Origin: an uncultured Actinomycetota bacterium
GTDB lineage: Bacteria > Actinomycetota > Actinomycetes > Mycobacteriales > Jatrophihabitantaceae
NCBI GenBank assembly: GCA_963737425.1
Contig: CAVTSX010000008.1
Span: forward strand, 353,681-417,680
DNA length: 64,000 nt
Reading direction: 5' to 3'
Shown: in pieces, positions 26,608-34,696 of the stretch
Numbering within the stretch: position 1 is the first letter of the stretch
Layout of the letters: each line of letters begins with the position of its first letter
The notes under the pieces: model-generated
What the model was told of the DNA's origin: nothing
Databases searched by the model: none
The model's input: only the letters and a program-made list of their open reading frames with translations
Program-made: the position numbers and the translations under genes

Positions 26608-28584
26608 CTACCCGCCCGTGCTCGACGCCAGGTCGTACACCGTCGTGTTGCCGACCGCCTGGGCCGTGAACGTCGAGGTGATCCATTGCTGGATCTGGTA
26701 CGCCGTCGAGGATTGCGCGTTGCCCGAGCCGATGAAGCCTGACGCGTCCGCTACGTAGTAATGCACCTTTCCTTGCGCCACCAGTTGTTTGAACGCGCTG
26801 AGCGAGATTGCCGGGTCAGTGCCGTTGTAGCCGCCGAGCGACATCGCCGCCTGGCCGGTGCCCAGCTCGAGCGAGGCCGCCTCGTTGTCGCCGGTCGTCG
26901 CGGCAACCCAGCGGTAGGCACCGGCATTGGCCGTGAGCAGTGCCTTGAGCGAGGCGTCTACCGTCGACGCGCCGCCGAGACCGCCGCCGCCCATCGCGCC
27001 GCCGCCCATCGCGCCGCGGCCGGTCCCGAGGCCGCCTGGTGCTAAGCCCGGATTGCCGCCGGGCGCGCCCTGTCTCGTGCCGGGTGGCCCGTTCCGGGGT
27101 CCACCGGGTCCGCCGCCGAAGGTGCTGGATGCCGGCCCGGCACTCGGAATCGCGCCGGTGTGTGCGGTAGAGGCGGTCTGCAGCGAGTACGCGACCGGCC
27201 CAGCGAGCAGTGCGACGGCGACGGTCGTCGCCACGAGCCGGGCCGAACGAGCCGCGAGTACAGCGCCGACTGCGGCGGCGCCCGCGAGCAGAACGACCCA
27301 GCGCAGCCAGGGCGTCCAATCGCTGCGGCCGAGAAGTTCGAAAGTCCACCAGCTTGCGGCCGCCACGAGCGCTGCGAGCGTCAGCCGCGCTCCCTCGCTG
27401 TGGCGTGACCGCCAGAGCGTGGCCACACCCAGGCCGACCAGGGCAGCGATCGCCGGTGCCAATGCCACTGTGTAGTACGGGTGGATGATCCCGCTCGCGA
27501 AGCTGAGCACGGCGCCGGTGACGAGCAGCCAGCCACCCCAGACGATGAGACTCGCCCGTAACGCGTCGGTACGCGGACGGCGGGCGGTCAGCCAGGCCAG
27601 GGCGGCGATCGCGACGAGAGCCGCAGGCAACAACCAGCTGATCTGCGCACCCATTTCGGTGCCGAACAGCCTGGTCAGGCCGGTCTGTCCGGACGAGAAG
27701 CCACCGGTTCGGCCGCTGACGTTGCCGTTGTTGCTCGTCCCGTCCAACCGGCCGAGTCCGTTGTAGCCGAACGTCAACTCCAGGATGCTGTTGCCGTTCG
27801 AACCGCCGATATAAGGACGGGATCCGGCTGGCCACAACTCGACGAGCGCAATCCACCAACCGGCCGCGACGATCATCGTGCCGAGCGCTGCCGTGAGGTG
27901 CCCGACCCGGCGCCAGGGGGTGGTCGGGGCCGCGACCAGATAGGCAGCGCCGAGGCCGGGCACGACGAGCAGGCCCTGCAGCATCTTGGTGAGGAACGCG
28001 AAGCCGATCAGCGCTCCGGCGAGCATGAGCCAGCGCGCGCTTGCTCGCTCCGTCGCCCGTACCGTGGCGTATGCAGCCGCCGTCATCAGCAGGACGAGCA
28101 GCGCATCGGGGTTGTCGAAGCGGAATATCAGCGTCGCCACCGGCGTGGCTGCCAGAATCGCGCCGGCGAGCAACCCGGCAGTGGGCGTCGACACTCTCCG
28201 TACTGCGGCGTACAGAAGTGCGACAGCGGCCATGCCTTCCAATGCCTGTGGAACAAGGATTGACCACGAGCTCAACCCGAAGAGCCGGACCGAGAGGTCC
28301 ATGACCCATAGCGAGGCAGGCGGCTTGTCGACGGTGATGAAGTTCGACTGGTCGAGGGAGCCGAACAGGAATGCCGTCCAGCTCTTGCTGCCCGACTGGG
28401 CGGCGGCCGCGTAGAACTGATTCGCCCACCCGGATCCGGACAGACCCCACGTGTACAGCGCGGCCGTCGCGGTAAGCAGCACGGCCAACGCCGGTGGGCA
28501 CTTACGCCGCAGGTGGGCACTTGCAAGTGCCCACCTGGACGCGAACTGCCCACCCGCGGGGGGAGCGGCGAGCCTCGTGGTCAT
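26608..28584 (-). CDS. Glycosyltransferase family 39 (ArnT/PMT-like) membrane protein with extracytoplasmic C-terminal domain, paralogue 1
   Basis: WANQFYAAAAQSGSKSWTAFLFGSLDQSNFITVDKPPASLW, multiple TM segments, Gly/Pro-rich linker. ATGA overlap with paralogue 2. Codons 10-31 are repeat copy C. Confidence 0.85.
   Translation of the reverse strand: MTTRLAAPPAGGQFASRWALASAHLRRKCPPALAVLLTATAALYTWGLSGSGWANQFYAAAAQSGSKSWTAFLFGSLDQSNFITVDKPPASLWVMDLSVRLFGLSSWSILVPQALEGMAAVALLYAAVRRVSTPTAGLLAGAILAATPVATLIFRFDNPDALLVLLMTAAAYATVRATERASARWLMLAGALIGFAFLTKMLQGLLVVPGLGAAYLVAAPTTPWRRVGHLTAALGTMIVAAGWWIALVELWPAGSRPYIGGSNGNSILELTFGYNGLGRLDGTSNNGNVSGRTGGFSSGQTGLTRLFGTEMGAQISWLLPAALVAIAALAWLTARRPRTDALRASLIVWGGWLLVTGAVLSFASGIIHPYYTVALAPAIAALVGLGVATLWRSRHSEGARLTLAALVAAASWWTFELLGRSDWTPWLRWVVLLAGAAAVGAVLAARSARLVATTVAVALLAGPVAYSLQTASTAHTGAIPSAGPASSTFGGGPGGPRNGPPGTRQGAPGGNPGLAPGGLGTGRGAMGGGAMGGGGLGGASTVDASLKALLTANAGAYRWVAATTGDNEAASLELGTGQAAMSLGGYNGTDPAISLSAFKQLVAQGKVHYYVADASGFIGSGNAQSSTAYQIQQWITSTFTAQAVGNTTVYDLASSTGG
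28492..28555. repeat. 64-bp dyad element, family 1, copy C (in frame, 5' end of GT39 paralogue 1)
   Basis: CGGTGGGCACTTACGCCGCAGGTGGGCACTTGCAAGTGCCCACCTGGACGCGAACTGCCCACCC. The centre at 28511-28536 is a perfect 26-bp palindrome. Read in the gene as GGQFASRWALASAHLRRKCPP. Confidence 0.9.
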
Positions 28585-30590
28585 GAGGTGGCCGTCGTCA
28601 GGTCGTAGACGGTGGATGCACCGACGGTGGTTGCCGTGTAGTTCGCCGCGACCCAGTTGGCGATCTCGCTGTTACCGCCGCCCGGACCGCCCCCGCCGGC
28701 CGCTATGTAGTAGCTGATGTCGCCCGCCGCGACGTATGCCTTGAACTGCGCGAGGGTGGGCGCCGGGTCCGAACCGCTCCAGCCACCGATTGCCATGACG
28801 GCCTTGCCGCTCGCCAGTTCGAGTGACGCGGCGCTCTGGTCCCCAACGGTCGCTGCCGCCCAGCGGGTAGTCGCCTTTTTGAGCAGGCTGGTCAGGGCCG
28901 AATTCGCGGTACTGCCGCCCGAGCCGCCCGTGCCTCCCGTGCCGCCCGTGCCGCGACTCGGCAAGCTGCCGCTCGGTGGCGTGCCGCCTTGCCCGCCGCC
29001 CGGTGCGCCGCTCGGTGGTGTGCCCCTTTGCGTGCCGCTCGGTGGCGTGCCGCCTTGCCCGCCGCCCGGCGCACCGCCCAGACCTCCTCGTGCGTCACCG
29101 ATGCCCGAAGTCACTGCCGGCCCCGCCGAGGGCGTGCTGCCGTTGTGGGGTGCAGCGGCCGTACTCAGCGCATACGCCGACGACGCGCCGGTGGCGACGA
29201 CCAGTCCGACGACGCCGACGGCCATGGCGCCGCGAGCCAGCCGTTGTGGCGGCACGAGCAGCGCGACGGCAGTGCCGAGGGCGAGCACGAGCAGCAGTGG
29301 GCGCAGCCACGGGTTCCAATCAGGTGAGCGCGAAAGCAGTTCGAAGCTCCACGCTCCGGTCGCCGCGACGCCGGCCGCGAGGGCCACGCGGGCGCCGAGG
29401 CGGGATCGGTTGCGCCACATGACGACCGAGCCGACGCCGACCAGCGCGGCGATCGGCGGTGCCAGTTCAACGGTGTAGTAGGGATGGATGATGCCGCCCG
29501 CATAGCTCAGCACCAGGCCGGTGACAACGAGCCAGCCACCCCAGAGCACAGCTGCAGCGCGCACCTTGTCGACGCGTGGCGTCCCCCGGCTGATGACAGC
29601 CAGCGCGACGAGCGCGATCAATGCTGCTGGCAGCAACCAGGAGATCTGCGTGCCCATTTCGGAGTTGAACAGCCGGCCCGGCCCGGCGGGACCGCTGAAG
29701 TTCGGCCCGCCTCCGCCGCCTGCACTGCCCGTCTCGTCGCCGGTGATGCGGCCGAGCCCGTTGTAGCCGAAGGCAAGGTCTAGCGCGCTGTTGTTCTTCG
29801 AGCCGCCGATGTATGGACGATCCGACGCCGGCCACAGCGCGACGGCAAGCACCCACCAGGCCGCTCCCGCGGCAAGCGCGACGCTCGCTGCGAAAAGGTG
29901 CGCGAGTCGCCGGCGCAGGGTGCCGTTCGAGGCGAGGAGGTAGAACAGCGCCAGAGCGGGTAGCACGGTGAACGGCTGCAGGCCCTTGGTGAGGAAGTTC
30001 AGGCCCATGACGCCGCCCGCCAGCAGCATCCACCGCAGCCGACCGTCGTCCACTGCGCGGGTGACGAAATAGGCCGCCGCGACAAGGAGAAGCGTCATCA
30101 GGGCGTCTGGCTGGTCGAACCGAAACATCAGGACGGCCACCGGGGTGACGGCGAGCAGGCCGCCGGCGATGAGACCGGCGACCGGCCCGAACCATCTCCG
30201 TACCGTGGCGTATAGAAGCGCTACGGCTAGGACTCCCTCAAGGGCCTGCGGCACCAGCAGGGTCCAGCTGTTGAAGCCGAAGAGCCGTCCGGCCAGCTCC
30301 ATCGGCCAAAGCGACAGCGGTGGCTTGTCGACGGTGATGAAGTTCGACTGGTCGAGCGATCCGAAGAAGAACGCCTTCCAGTTCTTCGTTCCCGCCTGGA
30401 CGGCGGCGGCGTAGAACTCGTTGCCGTATCCCGAAGCCGAGAGCCCCCACAGGTAGAGCAGCGCCGTCGCGCCGAGCAAAGCTACCAACGTGGGTGGGCA
30501 CTTACGCCGCAGGTGGGCACTTGCAACTGCCCACCTGCGCGGCAACTGCCCACCGGTGGAGGGGGCGGGCGGCGTCAATACAGCAGTCAT
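28581..30590 (-). CDS. Glycosyltransferase family 39 (ArnT/PMT-like) membrane protein, paralogue 2
   Basis: YGNEFYAAAVQAGTKNWKAFFFGSLDQSNFITVDKPPLSLW. ATGA overlap with the GT2 gene stop. Codons 12-33 are repeat copy D. The GTPPSG-repeat linker sits before the C-terminal domain. Confidence 0.85.
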   Translation of the reverse strand: MTAVLTPPAPSTGGQLPRRWAVASAHLRRKCPPTLVALLGATALLYLWGLSASGYGNEFYAAAVQAGTKNWKAFFFGSLDQSNFITVDKPPLSLWPMELAGRLFGFNSWTLLVPQALEGVLAVALLYATVRRWFGPVAGLIAGGLLAVTPVAVLMFRFDQPDALMTLLLVAAAYFVTRAVDDGRLRWMLLAGGVMGLNFLTKGLQPFTVLPALALFYLLASNGTLRRRLAHLFAASVALAAGAAWWVLAVALWPASDRPYIGGSKNNSALDLAFGYNGLGRITGDETGSAGGGGGPNFSGPAGPGRLFNSEMGTQISWLLPAALIALVALAVISRGTPRVDKVRAAAVLWGGWLVVTGLVLSYAGGIIHPYYTVELAPPIAALVGVGSVVMWRNRSRLGARVALAAGVAATGAWSFELLSRSPDWNPWLRPLLLVLALGTAVALLVPPQRLARGAMAVGVVGLVVATGASSAYALSTAAAPHNGSTPSAGPAVTSGIGDARGGLGGAPGGGQGGTPPSGTQRGTPPSGAPGGGQGGTPPSGSLPSRGTGGTGGTGGSGGSTANSALTSLLKKATTRWAAATVGDQSAASLELASGKAVMAIGGWSGSDPAPTLAQFKAYVAAGDISYYIAAGGGGPGGGNSEIANWVAANYTATTVGASTVYDLTTATS
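28971..29069. repeat. 33-bp tandem repeat (3 units, outer two identical) in the GT39 paralogue 2 linker
   Basis: GCTCGGTGGCGTGCCGCCTTGCCCGCCGCCCGG at 28971-29003 and 29037-29069, with a diverged unit between them. It encodes the GGTPPSG-type repeats. Confidence 0.85.
30492..30555. repeat. 64-bp dyad element, family 1, copy D (in frame, 5' end of GT39 paralogue 2)
   Basis: GGGTGGGCACTTACGCCGCAGGTGGGCACTTGCAACTGCCCACCTGCGCGGCAACTGCCCACCG. Read in the gene as GGQLPRRWAVASAHLRRKCPP. Confidence 0.9.
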
Positions 30591-31804
30591 GACGCGTCCT
30601 TCCGAGAGGCGAAGACCCAGTGCCGCAGCAGGACGAATCGCAGCACGGTGGCGGCGAGGTTCGCCGCGACCAGCACCGTGACCTCGATGAGTCGAGGCGG
30701 ATCGGCGTACGCATGGGCAAGCAGGGCAAGGGAGCCGCTCGTCAGCGCAAGGCCGAGGCCGAACACGACCAGGCCCTGCGCCTGGTGGCGGGCAACGCCG
30801 TCCGCGCCGACCACGCCGAACGTAAACCGGCGATTGGCCGCCGTGTTGGCGACAGCAGTGAGCAGCAAGGCAGCGAGATTGGCCGCCTGGGCTCCGAGCG
30901 GGGCGCGTAGCAGCAAGAACAGCACGAGGTACGCGATCGTCGACAGAACGCCGATCGAAGCGAAGCGAATCGCCTGCCAGGAAAGGGGTTTCGGCACCCC
31001 GGGCACGTCGATCGGATGCCGGCCGAATTGCCGGCGCAGGTCCCGCAGCGGCAGCGCGCCGGTGGCGAACGCGCGCCCGAGTCGCGCAACGCCGCGCAGA
31101 TCGGCAAGAGCGGTAGCCGCGATATCCACGCGGCTGTCCGAGTCGTCGATCCAGTCGACCGGTATCTCGGCGATTCGCAGTCCAGTGCGTTCAGCGAGCA
31201 CGAGCAGTTCGGTATCGAAGAACCATCCCGTGTCATGCACATGGGGCAGCAGGGCACGTGCGCAGTCGGCACGCATCGCCTTGAAGCCGCATTGCGCGTC
31301 GGAGAACCGAGCATGCAACGCCATACGCAGAAGCAGGTTGTAGCAGCGGGAGATCAGCTCGCGCTTCGGACCGCGCACGACACGGGCCGAGCGAGACAGC
31401 CGGCTGCCAATTGCGACGTCGCTGTGTCCCGACATGAGTGGCGCGACCAACGGCAGCAACGCGGAGAGGTCGGTGGAAAGGTCCACGTCCATATAGGCGA
31501 CGACTGTTGCAGTGCTGACGGACCACACATCGCGCAGTGCCCGACCGCGTCCCTTGGCATTGAGGTGCTTGACGCGAACGTCGGGGTATTCAGCGGCCAA
31601 CGCGTACGCACGGGGCAGAGTCGCGTCCGTGCTGGCGTTGTCGGCGATCGTTATCAACGTGCTGAATGGGAATTGCTCGAGGTACTGGTGCAGCCGGCGG
31701 ATGCAGGGCTCGAGGTCTTCCTGCTCGTTATGCACCGGGACGACGATCTCGACATCGACCGTGCCTGCCTCAGTCGGTCCGCGTACTTCGCGCAACGCGT
31801 GCAT
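30587..31804 (-). CDS. GT2 polyprenyl-phosphate glycosyltransferase fused to a GtrA-like membrane domain
   Basis: VEIVVPVHNE, ITIADNASTD and VAYMDVDLSTD GT2 motifs. C-terminal GtrA-like TM region (TAVANTAANRRFTFG). ATG at 31804 with GGTGGA SD. A GTG at 31813 directly abuts the ferredoxin stop and is an alternative start. Confidence 0.85.
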   Translation of the reverse strand: MHALREVRGPTEAGTVDVEIVVPVHNEQEDLEPCIRRLHQYLEQFPFSTLITIADNASTDATLPRAYALAAEYPDVRVKHLNAKGRGRALRDVWSVSTATVVAYMDVDLSTDLSALLPLVAPLMSGHSDVAIGSRLSRSARVVRGPKRELISRCYNLLLRMALHARFSDAQCGFKAMRADCARALLPHVHDTGWFFDTELLVLAERTGLRIAEIPVDWIDDSDSRVDIAATALADLRGVARLGRAFATGALPLRDLRRQFGRHPIDVPGVPKPLSWQAIRFASIGVLSTIAYLVLFLLLRAPLGAQAANLAALLLTAVANTAANRRFTFGVVGADGVARHQAQGLVVFGLGLALTSGSLALLAHAYADPPRLIEVTVLVAANLAATVLRFVLLRHWVFASRKDAS

Positions 31805-31813
31805 GAGATCCAC

Positions 31814-32008
31814 CTATCGAGTCGTCAGCCGCAGGGCAAGCGCGGGGCACAAGGCGACGGCACGCCGGGTGTCACGCTCGGCGCCGTGCGACACGGGCTT
31901 CGCCGCGATGATCGGGTAGCCCCACTCGTCGCGAGTGATCTGCGCCGGCAACAGTTCTGCGCACAGGCCGTGGCCGTCGCAGCGGGTCCAGTCGATGTCA
32001 AGTTTCAC
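31814..32008 (-). CDS. Small ferredoxin
   Basis: GTG start (VKLDIDWTRCDGHGLCAELLP...AVALCPALAL) with GTGA overlap on the NuoF-like stop. Single-cluster ferredoxin Cys pattern. Confidence 0.7.
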   Translation of the reverse strand: MKLDIDWTRCDGHGLCAELLPAQITRDEWGYPIIAAKPVSHGAERDTRRAVALCPALALRLTTR

Positions 32009-33228
32009 GGTGTCACCTCGAGAAATCCGCGGACGGGTCTCCCGCATCCGCCATAGGTCAGGTGTGTCTCGATCTCCTGACGCAGAGCCCGCAGTCCCGA
32101 CATGACGAAACGCGAGGCGCCGCCAGGGTGGTGGCAGGCGCCGCGGCCGTCGACGAGTTGCGCATGGCGGGCCGCGGCGGCAAGACCCTCGCGGGTACCA
32201 GCCGTCAGGGCCGCGATGTCACGTGCGAGGGCAGGCAGGCCGAAGTGGCAAGGCCCGCATTGATGCGCCGACTGGGCCGCCAGCCAATCGGCTACCCGGG
32301 TCAATTCGCCAAGCGCACACGTGCTGCTGTCAAGTACTTGCAGGACGCCTGCTCCGAGAGTGCCGTTGGCTTCGCCCACGCCGGCGCGGGACAGCCGCAT
32401 CTGTGGCAGCGGAGGGTGCCATGTTCCGTGGTATCCGCCGATGACCAGGGTCTGCGGATCAACGGCTCCCGCCGCGGATAGGACGATGCCGAGCGGTGTG
32501 CCCAGCGGGATCTCGACTACACCCGATCGGGTCACGGCACCGCCGATGGTGAGCAGCGTCGTGCCGGGCTCGGCAGTCGTCCCCGTGTCGCGGAAACGGT
32601 GCGCCCCCAGCCGCAATGCCACGGCGATATGGGCGAAAGTCTCGGCGTTGGAGAGCAACGTGCCGTGTTCGGTGAGGTGGACGCGGCGGCCCGGGGGGAG
32701 TGCCGGGCCGCCGCCGAGTCCTCGCACGAGCGCGCGCGCCTCGCCTGAGACGAACCCGCCGAGGACGCTTTCGACGCGAACCTTCGACGCGTCGTGACGC
32801 CGGCCGATAGCCCGCTGCACACTCACGCCGGCATCGGCGTCGTGCACCGCGACCGTCACGGTTCGAGCGCCGATTGCGGCGGCGACCGCCAGCGCGCCGT
32901 CGAGAACGAGGTGCGGCGTGCGGCGAAGTAGCGTGCGGTCCTTGAAGCTCGCCGGCTCGCTCTCACTGCCGTTGACGACAATCGCGCCGTTCCGCTCGGG
33001 CATTGCACGAAGCTTGGTCGCGAACGGGAATCCAGCGCCGCCACGTCCGGTCAGCGCGATCGACTCGAGAAGCGCGGTCAGGCGGGCCCTGTTCGTTTGC
33101 GGCATCGCGCCGTGCACCGCGAGGTGCGCGGCGTGGTCGACGGATTCGTAGCTGTCGAGCCCGGCCAGCAGTCGCGGCGCGCCGATCGCCCAGGGACGGG
33201 TGGTGGGGGCGACAAGGGTGGCGGTCAT
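32005..33228 (-). CDS. NuoF-like protein (NADH-ubiquinone oxidoreductase-F Fe-S binding region family)
   Basis: GRGGAGFPFATKL FMN/NADH-site motif, NGSESEPASFKDR, C-terminal Cys cluster SAHQCGPCHFG...GACHHPGG. Start MTATLVAPTT with ATGA overlap (33225-33228). Confidence 0.8.
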   Translation of the reverse strand: MTATLVAPTTRPWAIGAPRLLAGLDSYESVDHAAHLAVHGAMPQTNRARLTALLESIALTGRGGAGFPFATKLRAMPERNGAIVVNGSESEPASFKDRTLLRRTPHLVLDGALAVAAAIGARTVTVAVHDADAGVSVQRAIGRRHDASKVRVESVLGGFVSGEARALVRGLGGGPALPPGRRVHLTEHGTLLSNAETFAHIAVALRLGAHRFRDTGTTAEPGTTLLTIGGAVTRSGVVEIPLGTPLGIVLSAAGAVDPQTLVIGGYHGTWHPPLPQMRLSRAGVGEANGTLGAGVLQVLDSSTCALGELTRVADWLAAQSAHQCGPCHFGLPALARDIAALTAGTREGLAAAARHAQLVDGRGACHHPGGASRFVMSGLRALRQEIETHLTYGGCGRPVRGFLEVTP

Positions 33229-33785
33229 CGCATCGCTCCTACGACGACGCCGCGCCGGGCCTGCCCGCCCAGCCGCACTGCCACCGAGGCGATCACTGCG
33301 ATGAGGCACATCGCCCACAGCGTCCGAACCCAAGCCAGGCTCGCGTCAGTTCCGGCCGTCAGCCCGTGCAACATCGCGAGAGCCCAGCCTCCATACGCCA
33401 GCGCATGGATGCCGCGCCAGACCGCCGCACCACGGGCCGATGCCGCGAGACGTCCGCGCGCAAAGCCCAACGCGGCGATCGCGATGAAGAGGTAGGCCGC
33501 GATCGAACCGAGCGCCACCGCGTTCGGCCGGTATGCCGCTGCGAATGGGACGAGGGCACCGCGCACACCGACGCCCGCGTGCGCGTCGGCGAGAACCGTA
33601 CCCAGGTGTACGGCGATCAGGCCGAGCCCGAGTGCCGCCGCGGCGCGGTGCATGTACTGCATGACCACGCGCGTCGACGCCGAACGGATCTTCACCGATG
33701 TGAGAGCGCCCAGCGATGTCGCCAGTGTCAGCGCGACGAGCGCCGCCAGTCCAGCCCCACGTGCCGTGTACCAGAGTGTCATCAC
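33225..33785 (-). CDS. Ferric-reductase-like transmembrane (di-haem b type) protein
   Basis: Six hydrophobic segments. Two His pairs spaced 13-14 residues apart in TM helices (HRAAAALGLGLIAVH and HALAYGGWALAMLH), as in FRD/NOX/MsrQ-type haem ligation. Confidence 0.75.
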   Translation of the reverse strand: MMTLWYTARGAGLAALVALTLATSLGALTSVKIRSASTRVVMQYMHRAAAALGLGLIAVHLGTVLADAHAGVGVRGALVPFAAAYRPNAVALGSIAAYLFIAIAALGFARGRLAASARGAAVWRGIHALAYGGWALAMLHGLTAGTDASLAWVRTLWAMCLIAVIASVAVRLGGQARRGVVVGAMR

Positions 33786-34696
33786 GCCACCGCCGCCGCT
33801 GCGTGTTCCGGCCAGCCGGCTGTCGTGTGCACTTGCCCGTCGACGCCGACCAGCCGGGCGGCCAGGTGCCGAGCGGTCAGCCAGTCGACGGCGTCCTCTC
33901 CGAGGACGATGGCCGCCGTGCTGGCAATGTTCGCGGCCAGCGCGAGAGGTGCGTACACCGAGGCCGTCCGCCAGGGTCCGTCCGCCGGTGCGCCGGTGCG
34001 TGGGTCGATGATGTGATGGACGTTCTGCTTGCCGCGCTGCCAGGTTCTGACCGTCGTGGTCGAAGTGGTCAGGCCACCGTGCCGGAGTACGACGGTCTGC
34101 CCAGGCGCGTCCTCGCGTTCGGCCACCCGCACGGGCCAGCCGCCGCGCGGATCGCCTGCGACAGCGATATCGCCGCCCAGTTCGACGAGCACGGCCGTGC
34201 TGTAGCGCCGGGACAGCGCACGTGCCGCGTGATCGGCGGCGTACGCCTTGGCGGTCGCGCCCAGGTCGAGGGCAACTCCGACCGGGACGATGAGCAAGCC
34301 AGCCTCGCGATACAGCCGCACGTCCTGCCAGCTACGTGCCTGGGGGCACGCGTCGATCGCCGGTCCTTGGGCGGGGATATCGGCGATGTCGCAGTCGTAG
34401 CCGATGCGGTGCATCGCGAGGCCGACAGTTGGGTCGACGGCGCCACCGGTCTGGTCGGCTCCGTCGAGAGATGCCTTGACGAGATCAGCGAGCATGCGGG
34501 GCACCGGCACCGGGCGTCCCGCGTTGGCATTGGCGATCGAAAGGTCCGAGTCCGGGCGGAATCTGCTGGCCATGCGGTCGATCCGGTCGAGCAATGCCCG
34601 AAGATCAGCGGCGGCCGGAGCGAGCGCCCGGCGGTCCTCGACGACGAGCCGCACCGTGCAGCTCCACGTCCGAAACACATGGGTGTGCGTACTCAT
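33782..34696 (-). CDS. apbE: FAD:protein FMN transferase ApbE
   Basis: ASRFRPDSDLSIAN, LDLGATAKAYAADHAA, GGDIAVAG, HHIIDPRTG - classic ApbE motifs. Confidence 0.9.
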   Translation of the reverse strand: MSTHTHVFRTWSCTVRLVVEDRRALAPAAADLRALLDRIDRMASRFRPDSDLSIANANAGRPVPVPRMLADLVKASLDGADQTGGAVDPTVGLAMHRIGYDCDIADIPAQGPAIDACPQARSWQDVRLYREAGLLIVPVGVALDLGATAKAYAADHAARALSRRYSTAVLVELGGDIAVAGDPRGGWPVRVAEREDAPGQTVVLRHGGLTTSTTTVRTWQRGKQNVHHIIDPRTGAPADGPWRTASVYAPLALAANIASTAAIVLGEDAVDWLTARHLAARLVGVDGQVHTTAGWPEHAAAAVA

